Assembly (NCBI RefSeq): GCF_001194135.2 | Contig: NC_068983.1 | Span: 166,941,531-166,985,881, forward strand | Reading direction: 5' to 3' | Length of the DNA: 44,351 nucleotides | From: Octopus bimaculoides | Taxonomy: Eukaryota | Part shown: positions 9,896 through 21,089 of the stretch, in pieces | Layout of the letters: each line of letters starts with the position of its first letter | How positions within the stretch are numbered: position 1 is the first letter of the stretch | Position numbers and translations under genes: made by a program | Notes under the pieces: generated by a model | The model's input: only the letters and a program-made list of their open reading frames with translations | Databases searched by the model: none | Told to the model about the DNA's origin: nothing

Positions 9896-10279
9896 CTGCA
9901 GGACACAGAGAATGAGTGCATTAAATAGAAGCATTAAATGATATTGTGATTGAATTAAATCCTCTAAACTAAACTGGAACAAAAACATCCAACTACCCCA
10001 ACAGCTGCCGAGAATAAGGCAACGTAAGTTTGTAGAAATGAGAGAAGGGAGCAAATTGAGAACTAAATAATGTGTTGTTGTATCTTGGGAGGGTCATTAT
10101 GCTAATAAGCACATGCACTGATCCTATTTCACTTCATTATTATTTATTTATCAATTAGCTAATCAACCGTTTGATTAATTGTTTAGTCAATCAATTGGTT
10201 AGGTTTGACTAAGCACTTTCATCACCATTTGCCACATCATGAATGGCATGCCCTCTCTACTCCTGACATCATCAGCAGA

Positions 10280-10620
10280 ATCATCATTTAACGTTCATTG
10301 TCCTTGCTGGCATGGGTTGGATGGTTTGACCAGGGCCAGTAAACTGGGGAGCTGCAGTCTGATTGGGAATGGTTTCTATGGCTGGATGCCCTTCCTAATG
10401 TCAACCACTCTGAGAGTGCAATGGGTGCATTTTACATGCAACCAGCACGGGTGCTAATTTGTGTGACACTGGTATCTGTCACAACTGCAATTTTGCTTGG
10501 CTTGATAGGTCTTCTTCTCAAGCATGACAAAGGTCTCTGTCATTGCCTCCATGAGGCCCAACACTCGAAAGGAACTCAGCCACATACACCAAAATTGATT
10601 TCAACACAAGAATTCACACC
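10280..10620 (-). mobile_element. Long variant of SINE family B
   Basis: Reverse complement of the 30050-30470 copy (CATTGCCTC...GAGGCCCAACACTCGAAAGG; CTGCAATTTT.CTTGGCTTGAT.GGTCTTCT). Confidence 0.85.
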
Positions 10621-10749
10621 GAGGACTTTGAGGAGGTAAATACATATAAACTACAGTGTTTTAACTCCAGAGGCAAATACAGTCACTCGCGCTCTCTCTC
10701 TCTCTCTCATGCTCTCTGGACACAGTGTTTGGACAAAACAAACGGTTAT

Positions 10750-10950
10750 GAGAGATACTCTACCAAGTGTGGATGAAGATAGTGTGGTGATTTGACAGGA
10801 ATAGTAATGGGAAATAATTATATTAAAGAAAGAGTTGGGGAGGGGGTCTACAAACATGGAGAAGAGAAAAAAGATAAATGGTAAGCAGTACAGGGTAGGA
10901 AATGTTCCAGGATGGCAAGGAAAGAAAGATGAAGGAGGCAGCACCAGCAC
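10750..10950 (-). mobile_element. Decayed CR1/L2-type reverse transcriptase fragment
   Basis: The minus translation HPGTFPTLYCLPFIFFLFSMFVDPLP...IISHYYSCQITTLSS parallels PQGS.L.P.LF.LF.NDL...IH.YADDTTL. Confidence 0.5.
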
Positions 10951-11639
10951 TCGTTCACTTGCTTTGCTGTATGGAGGGAAACATCCATGGAATTTGATTC
11001 TTCAATGATGTTTGCATGAACACAATTAATGACAACTCATCAACACATTTTAATTAATCTTCTCAAATATCATAAAAGGTAATTTTACTTGACTTAGCCC
11101 TGTTTTATCCCAAGGTAAATATGGTCAGGAGATTTCCCTTATCATTTTTGAGGGGTCATTATTTTTGCTTGCATCTGGTTCTCTCTGTGGAATTTGGTCA
11201 AGTGGTCAAGATTCATTAATGCTTATAACTATAACTGCAAGAAATTACTGACCAGACATTCTCAACTAACCCCGACTGCCTTGTGTTCACACTTCAAAGC
11301 ATTATTATTTCTGTTATTTCAATACAATTTACAATAATATTATTATCAGATTTGTAAGAGTGGCACAGATATTAATTAGTTTCATAGATTAATGATGCAA
11401 GTTCAAATCAGGCCAGTCAGCTTTGACATTTAATTCCATCATTGGTCTGCAGAAAACATTTATTATATTCAGTTCAATAGACTACAGCTGCTCTAACATC
11501 ATCTTTATAGGTACAAATTATACTATGCAATGATGATGATGATGTTGGTGGTGATTTACATCTTAGGCAGGTCCTACACAATCCTCATGGTCCATTTACT
11601 GAATGAGTTTATGTGTGAAGGGGGGGGGGCGTCAACATA

Positions 11640-11830
11640 GCATGCAGCATGTCAGAAGATATCTCTTATGATACAGACTGGATCAGTACCTTGGAAGAAT
11701 ACTTTGCATTCTCCAAGCAGGATGGAGAAGCTCTTGTCTGTTGACCATTCAGTCCACAAGTAACTTTGGCATAATCACCAAGACAGGATGGCAGAAGACA
11801 AGATACTTAAAAACCCTCATCTAAGAGAGT
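11640..11830 (+). mobile_element. Possible RTE LINE C-terminal remnant
   Basis: Degenerate similarity to LR.IL.I.W.D and H..RM.D.RIPK (GGATGGCAGAAGACAAGATACTTAAA encodes RMAEDKILK). Confidence 0.35.
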
Positions 11831-12731
11831 TTAACCCTGTCGTTTACAACCAAATGCAGATCCTCCATGAAAATATTTTTTCCATTCCTACATGTGCAAC
11901 ATTCTGGCAATGCAAGAGACCTCTGCCAGTAATATCTTAAATATTTCACAGAGGAAACTATTCAAAATCGGTAAATCACAACTCAAATGCTTGGTTTAAA
12001 TGTTTACCAGTTTTCTTCGGGTTCTCTGTATTTAAAATACTTCTCACTTAAGAGACAAAATATTCGACTATTTTTATTCTAGAAAATATTTCATTATTTA
12101 TCATAAGTCAAAATAATCTCTAAATTAGGATCCCTTCTTGTGGATCATGCTAGGAGCACATAGGAATTTAGACATAAATCAACAGAAAATTTGTAGCAAA
12201 GTTTTTTTTTCCTTCTGCAGTTTTTGTTATTTGTTAATCAAATGTAAAAGAGATCCTGGTTGTGATAGGAAATAAGGGATATTGAAGGGAGGCTACTCTT
12301 AGCTACTTTCCAAACCAGCATCAGCAGTCTGTGGTGACCCTTGCCTGATAATTCTAAGCTACATATATATATACACATTATATATATATATAATTTAGGT
12401 TTCAGCCAGTATAGGTCCAGGCCATGTCTAACTTAATAACACCACCTGGTGAAACCTTTTAGATCGTGATTCACACCTATATATATATTCAATTAGAGGT
12501 TATGTTAACCTCATGAAGGGATGGTTTCATCAAAGGAAATACTGGTTCAATACCTAGTATTTTTAGGGAATTAATTTCCTTAAAATAATAGGTATATATA
12601 AACATATATATATATATATATATGTTTATATATATATATGTATAAATATAAACATATAGTTTATAAAAGAAGAAAAAGAAAATGGAGATTGGGAAGTTAA
12701 TTGTGTATTATTAACAGTAAATTAATCATCA

Positions 12732-12814
12732 TCCCTTACAGCTGTTTCAATTAATACTCAGTAAATATTAAATAAATATTGAATCTATATGACCTGAGCA
12801 TATCTTCAGAGGGA
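12732..12814 (-). ncRNA. Type I hammerhead ribozyme-like motif, second copy on the opposite strand
   Basis: The minus strand reads TCCCT-CTGAAGA-TATGCTCAGGTCATA...-GAAA-C-AGCT-G-TA-AGGGA, with a TATG/CATA hairpin directly after the core. Confidence 0.55.
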
Positions 12815-13252
12815 GGGAAAAAAATGAATTGACTAACATGGATCTATATTAATTTCTTCTTAGGAGTGATGGGTAAAAAGTGTAAATACATGTATATACA
12901 TGCATGTATGAGTGCATACGTATGTGTTCACATGTACGATGTATGTATGCCTGAGCGTATGCGTGTCTGTGTATATATATATGGACATACGGATACATAT
13001 ATGTATGTGTGCAAACGAACATTCCATTCTTTTATTAACTATAAACTTACCTCATTTATATTTAAATTTCCTCTATAATCTCTATTTAATTTATTCATTT
13101 ATTGTTCTAATTCTATTTACTAACTCTATCTTATCTCCAATCAACCTGTAAACCACTCACCTGAACATATAACAATACAAATCATAAACAATATCACTCA
13201 GTCTGCTATATGGAATACGTAAACACATATAAAATATCCAAGGGTATATTTT

Positions 13253-13342
13253 TCCCTCTGAAGATATTATGCTCAAGTCGTATAAATTTAATATTTACTG
13301 ATGATGATGATGATGAGTATTCATTGAAACAGCTGTAAGGGA
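13253..13342 (+). ncRNA. Type I hammerhead ribozyme-like motif with an expanded stem II region
   Basis: TCCCT-CTGAAGA-(61 nt)-GAAA-C-AGCT-G-TA-AGGGA. Stem I is TCCCT/AGGGA, the core is CUGANGA...GAAA, the cleavage triplet is GUA and loop III is palindromic. Confidence 0.55.
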
Positions 13343-13444
13343 TGATGATTAATTTGCTGTTAATTATAAACAATTATTAACTTCCCTATCTCCATTTTCT
13401 TTTTCTTCTTATATGTGTTTGTGTGTGTATGCAAGCATGCATAC

Positions 13445-13775
13445 AGAGACACGCACACATACTCACTTACTGGACTGTGGCCCTGCTGGAGCACTGCTTT
13501 GAAAAGTTTAGTCGAACAATTTCGGATTCAGTTACACATTTTTTTAAAGTCTGGTACTTACTCTATCGGTCTGTTTTGCAGAATCGCTAAGTTATGGGGA
13601 CGTAAACAAACCAATACCTGTTGCCAGGCAGTGTAAGAGAACAAACATAGATGCATATACGATGGACTTCCATACAGTTGCCGTCTACCAAATTCATTCA
13701 CAAAGCATTGGTTGGCTCGGAGCTATAAAACACACTTGCCCAAGTTGCCGCGCAATGGGACCGAAACCCCATGCT
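13445..13775 (-). mobile_element. SINE family C, near full length
   Basis: Reverse of GTTTCGGTCCCATTGCGCGGCAACTTGGGCAAGTGTG...TTTGGTAGACGGCAAC...CGTCCCCATAACTTAGCGATTC...GCAGTGCTCCAGCAGGGCCACAGTC. Confidence 0.85.
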
Positions 13776-13816
13776 GAACAATTATTTCGAGGGACTTCGC
13801 CCATAAAACACTAATC

Positions 13817-13836
13817 TTTCGATAGATGGCGCGAAA
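13817..13836. promoter_or_regulatory. Overlapping DRE-like, YY1-like and E2F motifs (candidate housekeeping promoter)
   Basis: TTTCGATA (13817-24, one mismatch to TATCGATA), AGATGGCG (13824-31) and GGCGCGAAA (13828-36, equal to TTTCGCGCC) lie in CpG-rich unique sequence. Confidence 0.45.
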
Positions 13837-15720
13837 CCGTTGGTTAAATTCTGACCGGTTGGTTATATGCCATGACCAAGAATATACGACTCGACAACAT
13901 AAAAAAGCTTGTGTGTGTAGAGGAAGGGGGATCTCTTGGATTGAAGGGTTTTCTTTCTCCAACCACATTACGTGAGCAAGTTGATTAACAAGACTGATNN
14001 NNNNNNNNNNNNNNNNNNNNNNNNNNNNNNNNNNNNNNNNNNNNNNNNNNNNNNNNNNNNNNNNNNNNNNNNNNNNNNNNNNNNNNNNNNNNNNNNNNNN
14101 NNNNNNNNNNNNNNNNNNNNNNNNNNNNNNNNNNNNNNNNNNNNNNNNNNNNNNNNNNNNNNNNNNNNNNNNNNNNNNNNNNNNNNNNNNNNNNACTATT
14201 CGTAAAGATGTCATTATTATTATTATTATTAGCAGCAGCAAATCCAAATAATTAATGATAATTGTCAAACGCTAAGCGATATATATATATTAATCGTGAA
14301 AGTTACAAACGTGATTGAAAGGCCGAGGGTTTCCTTGCAATGAAGTGCCATGCTCGAAAGTCCTGGCCCCTGAGTCACTTTCAAAACTTTACTTCTGCCG
14401 ATTAAAAAGAAAAGTGTTTATATACATGTATTGAGTTCTCTGTTGCATTGCATTGCTTTCATTCGACTTATTTGCCAAAGTAAAAGCTACCCCCAAACAA
14501 CAGCTGCTTCCTAATTTAACAACACTGATACAACCGAGCGTCTCACACACACATTTTTATATATAAATGTCTGTGAGTAGACATGCAAATGAAACAAAAT
14601 ATTGAGGAGAGAGTAATTGACATCAGTTGCGGTCCAGTCTTGTTCAACCACTTGTCAATTTACGCATAAAACATAACTATAAAAATGTCTTTAAATTTAT
14701 ATCAATAAAAAATCTCTCTCTTTCATACACAATTTGCAATTGTGTTGTGTGAACATTTTACTCCTGAAACAAAAATCCTGACAGAAAAACCAGCGAAGTT
14801 TTTAACGTATGTAAAAGTAATGAATGGGGGACACGATTTGAAAATATCGTAATCACAAATGAAAAGAAATTGCTACATGTCTCTCTCTAAATATAAAATT
14901 GCGCTATTATATTTGTATAACAATGCAATCACGTGCGTGTTTGAAAGTATGAATTAGCAAGGTCAAGTAGAAAATATGTTTAAGTTTCCTTTCACACACT
15001 TTTAGGGGCCTGGCCTTGCTTGTCTTTACGTTTTGCTTAGAGCTAGGATTAGGATTTCGATAAAAACTTTTTATCTCAGTTTTGTATGAATGAAAACTGA
15101 TGCGACATCATGAGATAACACACACACAAGTGGTCGGTGGGGGGGGGGGAGGAAGGACGTTATCTTTGTTTCTTTTTGCTACTGTAGCATATTCGGTGTC
15201 ATATTATAACAAGGACACAATGGTCCAGCATTATTAATTATTTAAAAAAAAAAACCAACAGCGACTATCATAGTTGCTACATAAGGTTTTACGTAGCAAC
15301 GCAATTTAGGTTGTGGGTTATCATAAAGCGAACTTTGCGACACAAACATACCTGTTTGCCTATGTGGGTATAGGTATGGTTCTGTAGTTGGAGTCCTGGT
15401 TTAGTAACCACGTGGTTCTGAGTTCGATCCCTCTGCACGGCAACGTTTAGTTGACTAGTATTTTATGAATGCATTTTGGCAAATGAATTACTATGCCGAA
15501 GCTAATGGTGTGATATATAACTGAACCAAAAGCACGAACAAGGCAGTCAACAATGCAAACACGAGCTCGACCGATACCTTTGCGTAAAACCAATCTTCAT
15601 TTAGGGAGGCAAGTAATCCTGTACTTAAAGCAGGAATTCGGGCACAAATTCGAGACCCTGGGTACTAAATGTATGACACCCATTATCTTCTGTAATTTGG
15701 TATCTTTATTACCCACGTCA

Positions 15721-15936
15721 TACTGCTGAAAAGTTCCTGGCTTAGGGTAAAAGAAAATACAGGAGGATCAGTTAATTATGATTTTATTCAACATATTCCT
15801 CTCTCAGATTCACACACTTATTGCAAGTCCTTCAGTTTTTCTATGCCTTGTAAAAGAACTTGGAAGGTTGGGCCTCCAACCAGGCCTTCCGCGACACCCT
15901 TAAAGCCAGGAACTTTTCAGCAACCCCCTCCTCGTA
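15721..15936. mobile_element. Tc1/mariner-derived MITE
   Basis: The left end TA-CTGCTGAAAAGTTCCTGGCTTAGGGT pairs with the right end ACCCTTAAAGCCAGGAACTTTTCAGCAACCCC...CTCG-TA. The right end reads TACGAGG.. inward, as in mariner-type TIRs. Confidence 0.8.
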
Positions 15937-17639
15937 CACACACACAGATAGAGGCAATTCTTTGGTATTTGTAGACAACATTATTCACCCACACAAACTT
16001 CATGATATAAAAAGGACTGAAAAAGAGGGTGAATGACATCACACTCTGGTCGAAGGATAAATAGATATTCTTTATCTTTCATGCGGTTCAGCCAAAAGCT
16101 GCGGTCATGCTGGGGCACCGCCAGTATCATCATTTTTTCAATGGCTATTCTATCGTGATTAGCTTTAGGTGAAAGAGGGGGTTTGATATGGCTGCCCTCT
16201 TTTTAGAGTTTCTTGCGGTGACGTAGGTTCATTTGGGATCCAGATGGTCAAGCTGCCCCTTGAAAACATCGACCCGCAATGAAAAGGTGTCCAACTGAGT
16301 CATCTCCATTGACTTTATTATGCCCTTTTCTGTGCAAGATATATAATATTGAATTCGACAAAGTACCGGGCCCAATAATATATATGTGTAACCAGGTTGA
16401 AGGCGTTAAGTCATCATGACCGCAAGTCCATAGGCAGAAACTCGTAAAGAATTTTGGATTGCTTTTATAACACACGGAATGGTGAATATTTATATATAAG
16501 AAGACCCTTAACAAAAGAAAATATTGACATTCATATTTTTTTCTTTATGAATTTTATAAGACATAATAATATATATCCGGAAGCTGCTATTATAATCTAA
16601 AATATATTTTAAAAATCGAGTAGGCAAATATTTCTCAATGAAGTTAATAAGTAATTCGCTATCCCCCCCCCCACCTTTTGAACTCTGATGGTCATTCATC
16701 CATGCATTAAAACAAGATAATCACAACATACTGTTTGTCAACCTGTGTAGATTATGAAAAAACAATAAAGTTTAAACTGGGACAAATTTTGACAGAGTTT
16801 TGAAATAGCCATCACAACACCCAAAAAGTGTGGCAAAGAATTGGGGTGGTGGGTGATTTTCTAATCTTTTTTTTTAAGCATTTCTCCATTTCATACAACG
16901 GGAATTACTTATATTTTATTTTTCTAAAAATTTTAATATTTTACATTTCTGCTTCCAAATTCTTTACTCTGATTCGTTTATCAAGAGCTAACTTCTAGTG
17001 GAAGTTGCTCCAAAACTCCGAGGTTCGTTTGTTTATTTTTCACTACAAGGAATTGATATGAGCCAAAGAAAAAAGAATATTGTGATAAACAAAAGTTAAA
17101 CCTTTTGAGAAAAGACCCCCACTGACTTTCGGACGAGCTGTCACGAATAAAATGTTACTTATGTTTTATACAATATGAGATATTATAAAAAATACAAGAA
17201 ATTCTTGAGTTCTCATCTATACGTTATAAGATTTATTCCACTATTCCAACATTTGACAATAATCAAAAGATCGTCAAATGTTTTAATAAAAATAAAACAC
17301 TAACGGGTTATTGAACAAATTATTTCATAAGTGACTTCGTTTCGCTTACAAGGGATATCCACGTCTATTTTTATATTCTCCCCCCACCCCAGGATTGTTT
17401 CAGTTTCACTATTTGGTCCCTTCAAATGTATTCTTTACCTAAAATTCAACGTAAGTTGTCAAAGTAACTTTGAAAGGCCTACAAATAATAATCATACTGC
17501 TACACTTCCATAAACATGTTACAATCTTAATAGGAAAGATTAACAGACAAATAAACCAATCTCTAAATAACAACAATAAGACAATCCTTCAGTAAAAGTT
17601 TATGACGTCATGAGTGAATGTGCGACAGGAAAAAAGTCG

Positions 17640-17790
17640 GAGGGGAGGGACACAATTCTGTAGGAATGCCTCGTAATCCGAGAGGATGACAGTGGACCTC
17701 GGCGGAATTTGAACTCAGAACGTAAAGACGGACGAAATGCCGCAAAGCATTTTGTCCGGCGTGCATTTTCTGCCTGCTCGCCGCCTTTAA
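17640..17790 (-). mobile_element. SINE family A, CpG-retaining
   Basis: The reverse strand reads AAGGCGGCGAGCAGGCAGAAAATGCACGCCGGACAAAATGC...TTACGTTCTGAGTTCAAATTCCGCCGAGGTC. Confidence 0.88.
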
Positions 17791-18224
17791 CAACAACATT
17801 AATAATACTTTCTACTAAAGACACAGGGCCTGAAATTATGGTGAGAGGGTCGTACCAGTCGATTAGATGACCCTTGTTCTGGACAGGTACTTGTTTCACC
17901 GTCCCCGGCGGTAACTGCAACCATCCCTAAGAAGTTATAAACATTTGAAAATATTTAAAAAGAACATTTTTCATCTATTTTTCCATTTCTGTAATTTGCA
18001 TTTTAAATTTACTTATTTGCTGACTCAGAGACCAATACGATTAGTTTCCTAGAATCCTAATGTTTGGAGACATTTTGTCCCTGGATATACTTTGGTTGAA
18101 CTGGAACAAAGTCGGAAATAGCGACAAAGCTAAAATCATGTTTTGGAACAACGGATATAAAATAGGCGAAACATCATTAAAGACAAACACATTAATTAAT
18201 AATCACAACCAATTTGTTCGACGA

Positions 18225-18430
18225 AAACTGTCTGGAAGTGTGTGTCCCAGGCCCCACCGCCTGATAACTGGTGTTGGTTTGTTTACGTTTCCGTAACCTT
18301 GCGGTTCGGCAAAGAGTCGCCAATAGTTTCAAGCTTTAAAAAAATAAGTAGTGGGGTCGATTTGTTTGACTAAAGACTCTTTAAGGCGGTGCTTCGGCAT
18401 GGCCGCAGTCCAAGGATTGAAGTAATAAAT
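18225..18430 (+). mobile_element. SINE family C, 3' part
   Basis: CTGGTGTTGGTTTGTTTACGTTTCCGTAACCTTGCGGTTCGGCAAAG...GGGGTCGATTTG...GGCGGTGCTTCGGCATGGCCGCAGTC. Confidence 0.82.
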
Positions 18431-18964
18431 AATAATAAAAGCTAAGTTATGGCATGGAAATAATACCGAAATACTTCAAAGCCTTGACAGGAAAATCTTG
18501 CGATAATAATGAGAAATTATTAAGAAGCCGTGAGATAAAAAGAAAAGAAGAAATTGAAACTGAATGCACCTTAAACAGCAGACACGTTTTAAAAGTGTTA
18601 GAAAATGACATCAACAAGACCCCAGCATTGTGTATATAATACATACATACTTATGTGTGTGTATATAATAGTCCGCCTAAAGAGGGGAACAGCCGTCACA
18701 TGAAGTTATGAAAGCAGATGGTGTGGTTGGCTGCTGCTATTATTCGTGTTGCTCTTTTCCGCCGTCGCCACTTCTAATTATGTTACTACCATTTAGACAT
18801 CCCTATCACCACCACACATGATTAATAGCTTTCACCTACTGCTACTATTTTTCTACAGGGAGAAAGAGGAAACTTCGAGGTAGTCGCTCGAACTGCTAGA
18901 TATAGCAGACAAATCTCTATTAAATGACATTCAAATCATATAAAGGGGAATGTGTTGCTACGTA

Positions 18965-19110
18965 GTCCTAAGGCGCCGACAAAATGCTTGCCTGTATTTC
19001 TTCTGGTACTTTACGTTCTAAGTTGAAATTCCGCTGAGGTTGCTTTTTACCTTTCATCCTTTTGGTGCTGATGTCACCAACTTAACTTCGCCCCAAAATT
19101 TGAATCTATT
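18965..19110 (+). mobile_element. SINE family A with internal deletions
   Basis: ACAAAATGCTTG...TTTACGTTCTAAGTTGAAATTCCGCTGAGGTTG...CCTTTCATCCTTTTGG...CCCCAAAATTTG. Confidence 0.75.
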
Positions 19111-19659
19111 ATATACGAAGTCCTGATTTACATACAAACGAGATTTGAAGTTCAAGGTTGGCGCGCTTTTGGCTTGGTCGATGAAGGCTGCTAACCTGGA
19201 GCCAAAAACACAAGTACTGGATATAATCGATCCCAGCGTTGCTGTTGTCGTTCCTATTAAGGTTTACTCGCATCAACACAACCCACCATGCACACACTCA
19301 ACGGTTTCTGATTTAGAAACAAGACGAGTAATTTGAAGGGAGGGGCAGTACTTTATTATTTTACGATCCCTAAAAGGATGAAAAGTAAAGTTAACCTCAG
19401 AAGAAATGCGGCAAAACGTTTATTCCGACAACTGTTAACATGTCGTCTGCTGGTAACTATGGCTCCCCACCATTTCTATAGCCAGGAATTTATTCCACCT
19501 TAACTACAGCAAGGTTTGATCTAGAATTGGAAGGAACTCGTATCCATACCGTTTCCAATTTAGTAATATCAACTCTCATATTTTAAAACAATTCATCAGG
19601 AACAGGGAACCCCTTACTTACAGACTTGGAAAGAAGAACCACTTCGACCAATCTCCATC

Positions 19660-19830
19660 ATCATCATCATCATCATCATCATGACCACGTCCGTTTTCCA
19701 TGCTGGCATGGGTTGGATGGTTGAAACAAGTCAGAGTGCTGTGCCAAGCTCCCATGTCTGCTTCAACATGGTCTCTACAGTTGGATGTCACTCCTAACGC
19801 CAACCAATTTACAAAGTGTAATGCACCCTC
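19660..19830 (-). mobile_element. SINE family B
   Basis: (CAT)n followed by CGTCCGTTTTCCATGCTGGCATGGGTTGGATGG...CTCCTAACGCCAACCAATTTACAAAGTG. Confidence 0.82.
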
Positions 19831-19869
19831 AGACAAGATCAACAAAGTAATTGTATGGTGGCACTAAAG

Positions 19870-20055
19870 TGACAGCCAGAGGGGCGGGGAGGGAGCAGCA
19901 AGGCACCCTAAAACCACATGGCGAAGGACAATTGACAAGGAAAGGAGATGGGAAGAATGGAGAAGCTGGAATTAGACCAGAACACTATCAGGAAACAGAG
20001 CTGGTTGGAGAGATTGTGTTGTGACACTAGGTGCCTCATGGCACAGAGAGAAATG
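19870..20055 (+). mobile_element. RTE-clade LINE 3' end
   Basis: Translates with frameshifts to ..PKTTWRRTIDKER...WRSW...GNRAGWRDCVVTLGASWHREK, typical of the RTE C-terminus GRPKTTWRR...DR..WR..V.AL. Confidence 0.72.
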
Positions 20056-20334
20056 GGAGAAGGGGGGGATTTTATTAGTGATGCCAGCACTATTGGGGTC
20101 AGCAAGTAACTTACAAGAGAGAAACCCTCAACTGAGTGGGTGTAGTATTGAGGGATGGGAACAGGTACCTTGCTGAAGAGGAGATACATGGCTTCTGTAG
20201 CTGGAAAAAAGAGAGAAATGGTGAACAGCCATATGAAAATAAAATGCTTCTTCACCCCCCCCCACCAACCATCTCTATCATTAGTTTTGTTTGAAAGAAG
20301 GAACTGTGCCCCACAAGATCTGTTGAGGTTATCC

Positions 20335-20660
20335 AATAGCAGTAAGATTAACATAGTTAAATATTTCCTCTGGATGATTGCAGGTAAACCATGGACAAGG
20401 AGGGAATTCCAAGGAGAAGGAGAGGAACAAGGTAGAACTGGTAAATGTGGGGCCTGCGTGGTGAAGAGAAGAATATAGGTGAGAAGAGTAGGAGAGAGCC
20501 TGAGTGGAGGTGGTAGAAGAATTGCCAGTTTAGAGGAGCAGAGACCACAGGTGTAGCAGTATAGAGAAATGAGGAGGACACAGCAGCTCTGGACAAGAGG
20601 CTGGAGATGTTTGTGAATGACTTGAGACCATTCTGTCAAGGACATCATTTACATGGAGTT
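20335..20660 (-). mobile_element. CR1/L2-type LINE ORF2 C-terminal remnant
   Basis: The minus strand encodes Y..GLCSSKLAILLPPPLRLS...SSPSPWNSL, matching the Y.G.CSSEL...PP...SFF....LWNSLP pattern. Confidence 0.65.
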
Positions 20661-21089
20661 ACAGTATGGCTGAATGGTTAAGAAGTTTGCTTTGCCCAGG
20701 TTCAATCTCACTGCATGGCATCTTTGTCAAATATCATTTTCTATAGCTTCAGAGTTGACTAAAACCTTGTGAGTGAAATTGGGGAGATGGAAACAGCATA
20801 CTACAGACCTGTCAGGTAAATTATACCTGTAATTCAAAAGACAACCTTGCCACACACTGTCTAGTTGATTCTATCTTCAAACTACATTCAGGGTGCATGT
20901 GTCTGTGGAATACTCAGCTACTAACGCATTAATTCAGGAGCAGGTAATCCTGGTTATCAAACACATCCTTATCACCAAATGATGGAGAGGAGGATCCTAC
21001 CGCCGCCACCATACATCTCGACATTTATGCAACACCATCCCAGAGATAGAAGTAATACTTTCTTGAATGTCTCTCTTGAGTATTTCAGA

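Larger units (their letters stand above)
12666..13411. mobile_element. Penelope-like element remnant: inverted pseudo-LTR pair (about 150-bp arms, about 435-bp spacer)
   Basis: 12666-12814 aligns to the reverse complement of 13251-13411 (AAGAAGAAAAAGAAAATGGAGAT.GGGAAGTTAA...ATTAATCATCATCCCTTACAGCTGTTTCAAT.AATACTCA...GAGCATA..TCTTCAGAGGGA). Both arms contain hammerhead cores. Confidence 0.7.

Noticed and set aside
16290-16302. AP-1 sites TGAGTCA (also about 14371)
   Set aside because: A 7-mer is expected a few times by chance in 44 kb, and there is no independent support.
19908-20648. 246-aa minus-strand ORF
   Set aside because: It is a patchwork of a CR1/L2 C-terminal remnant and the antisense of an RTE 3' end, with no coherent protein.
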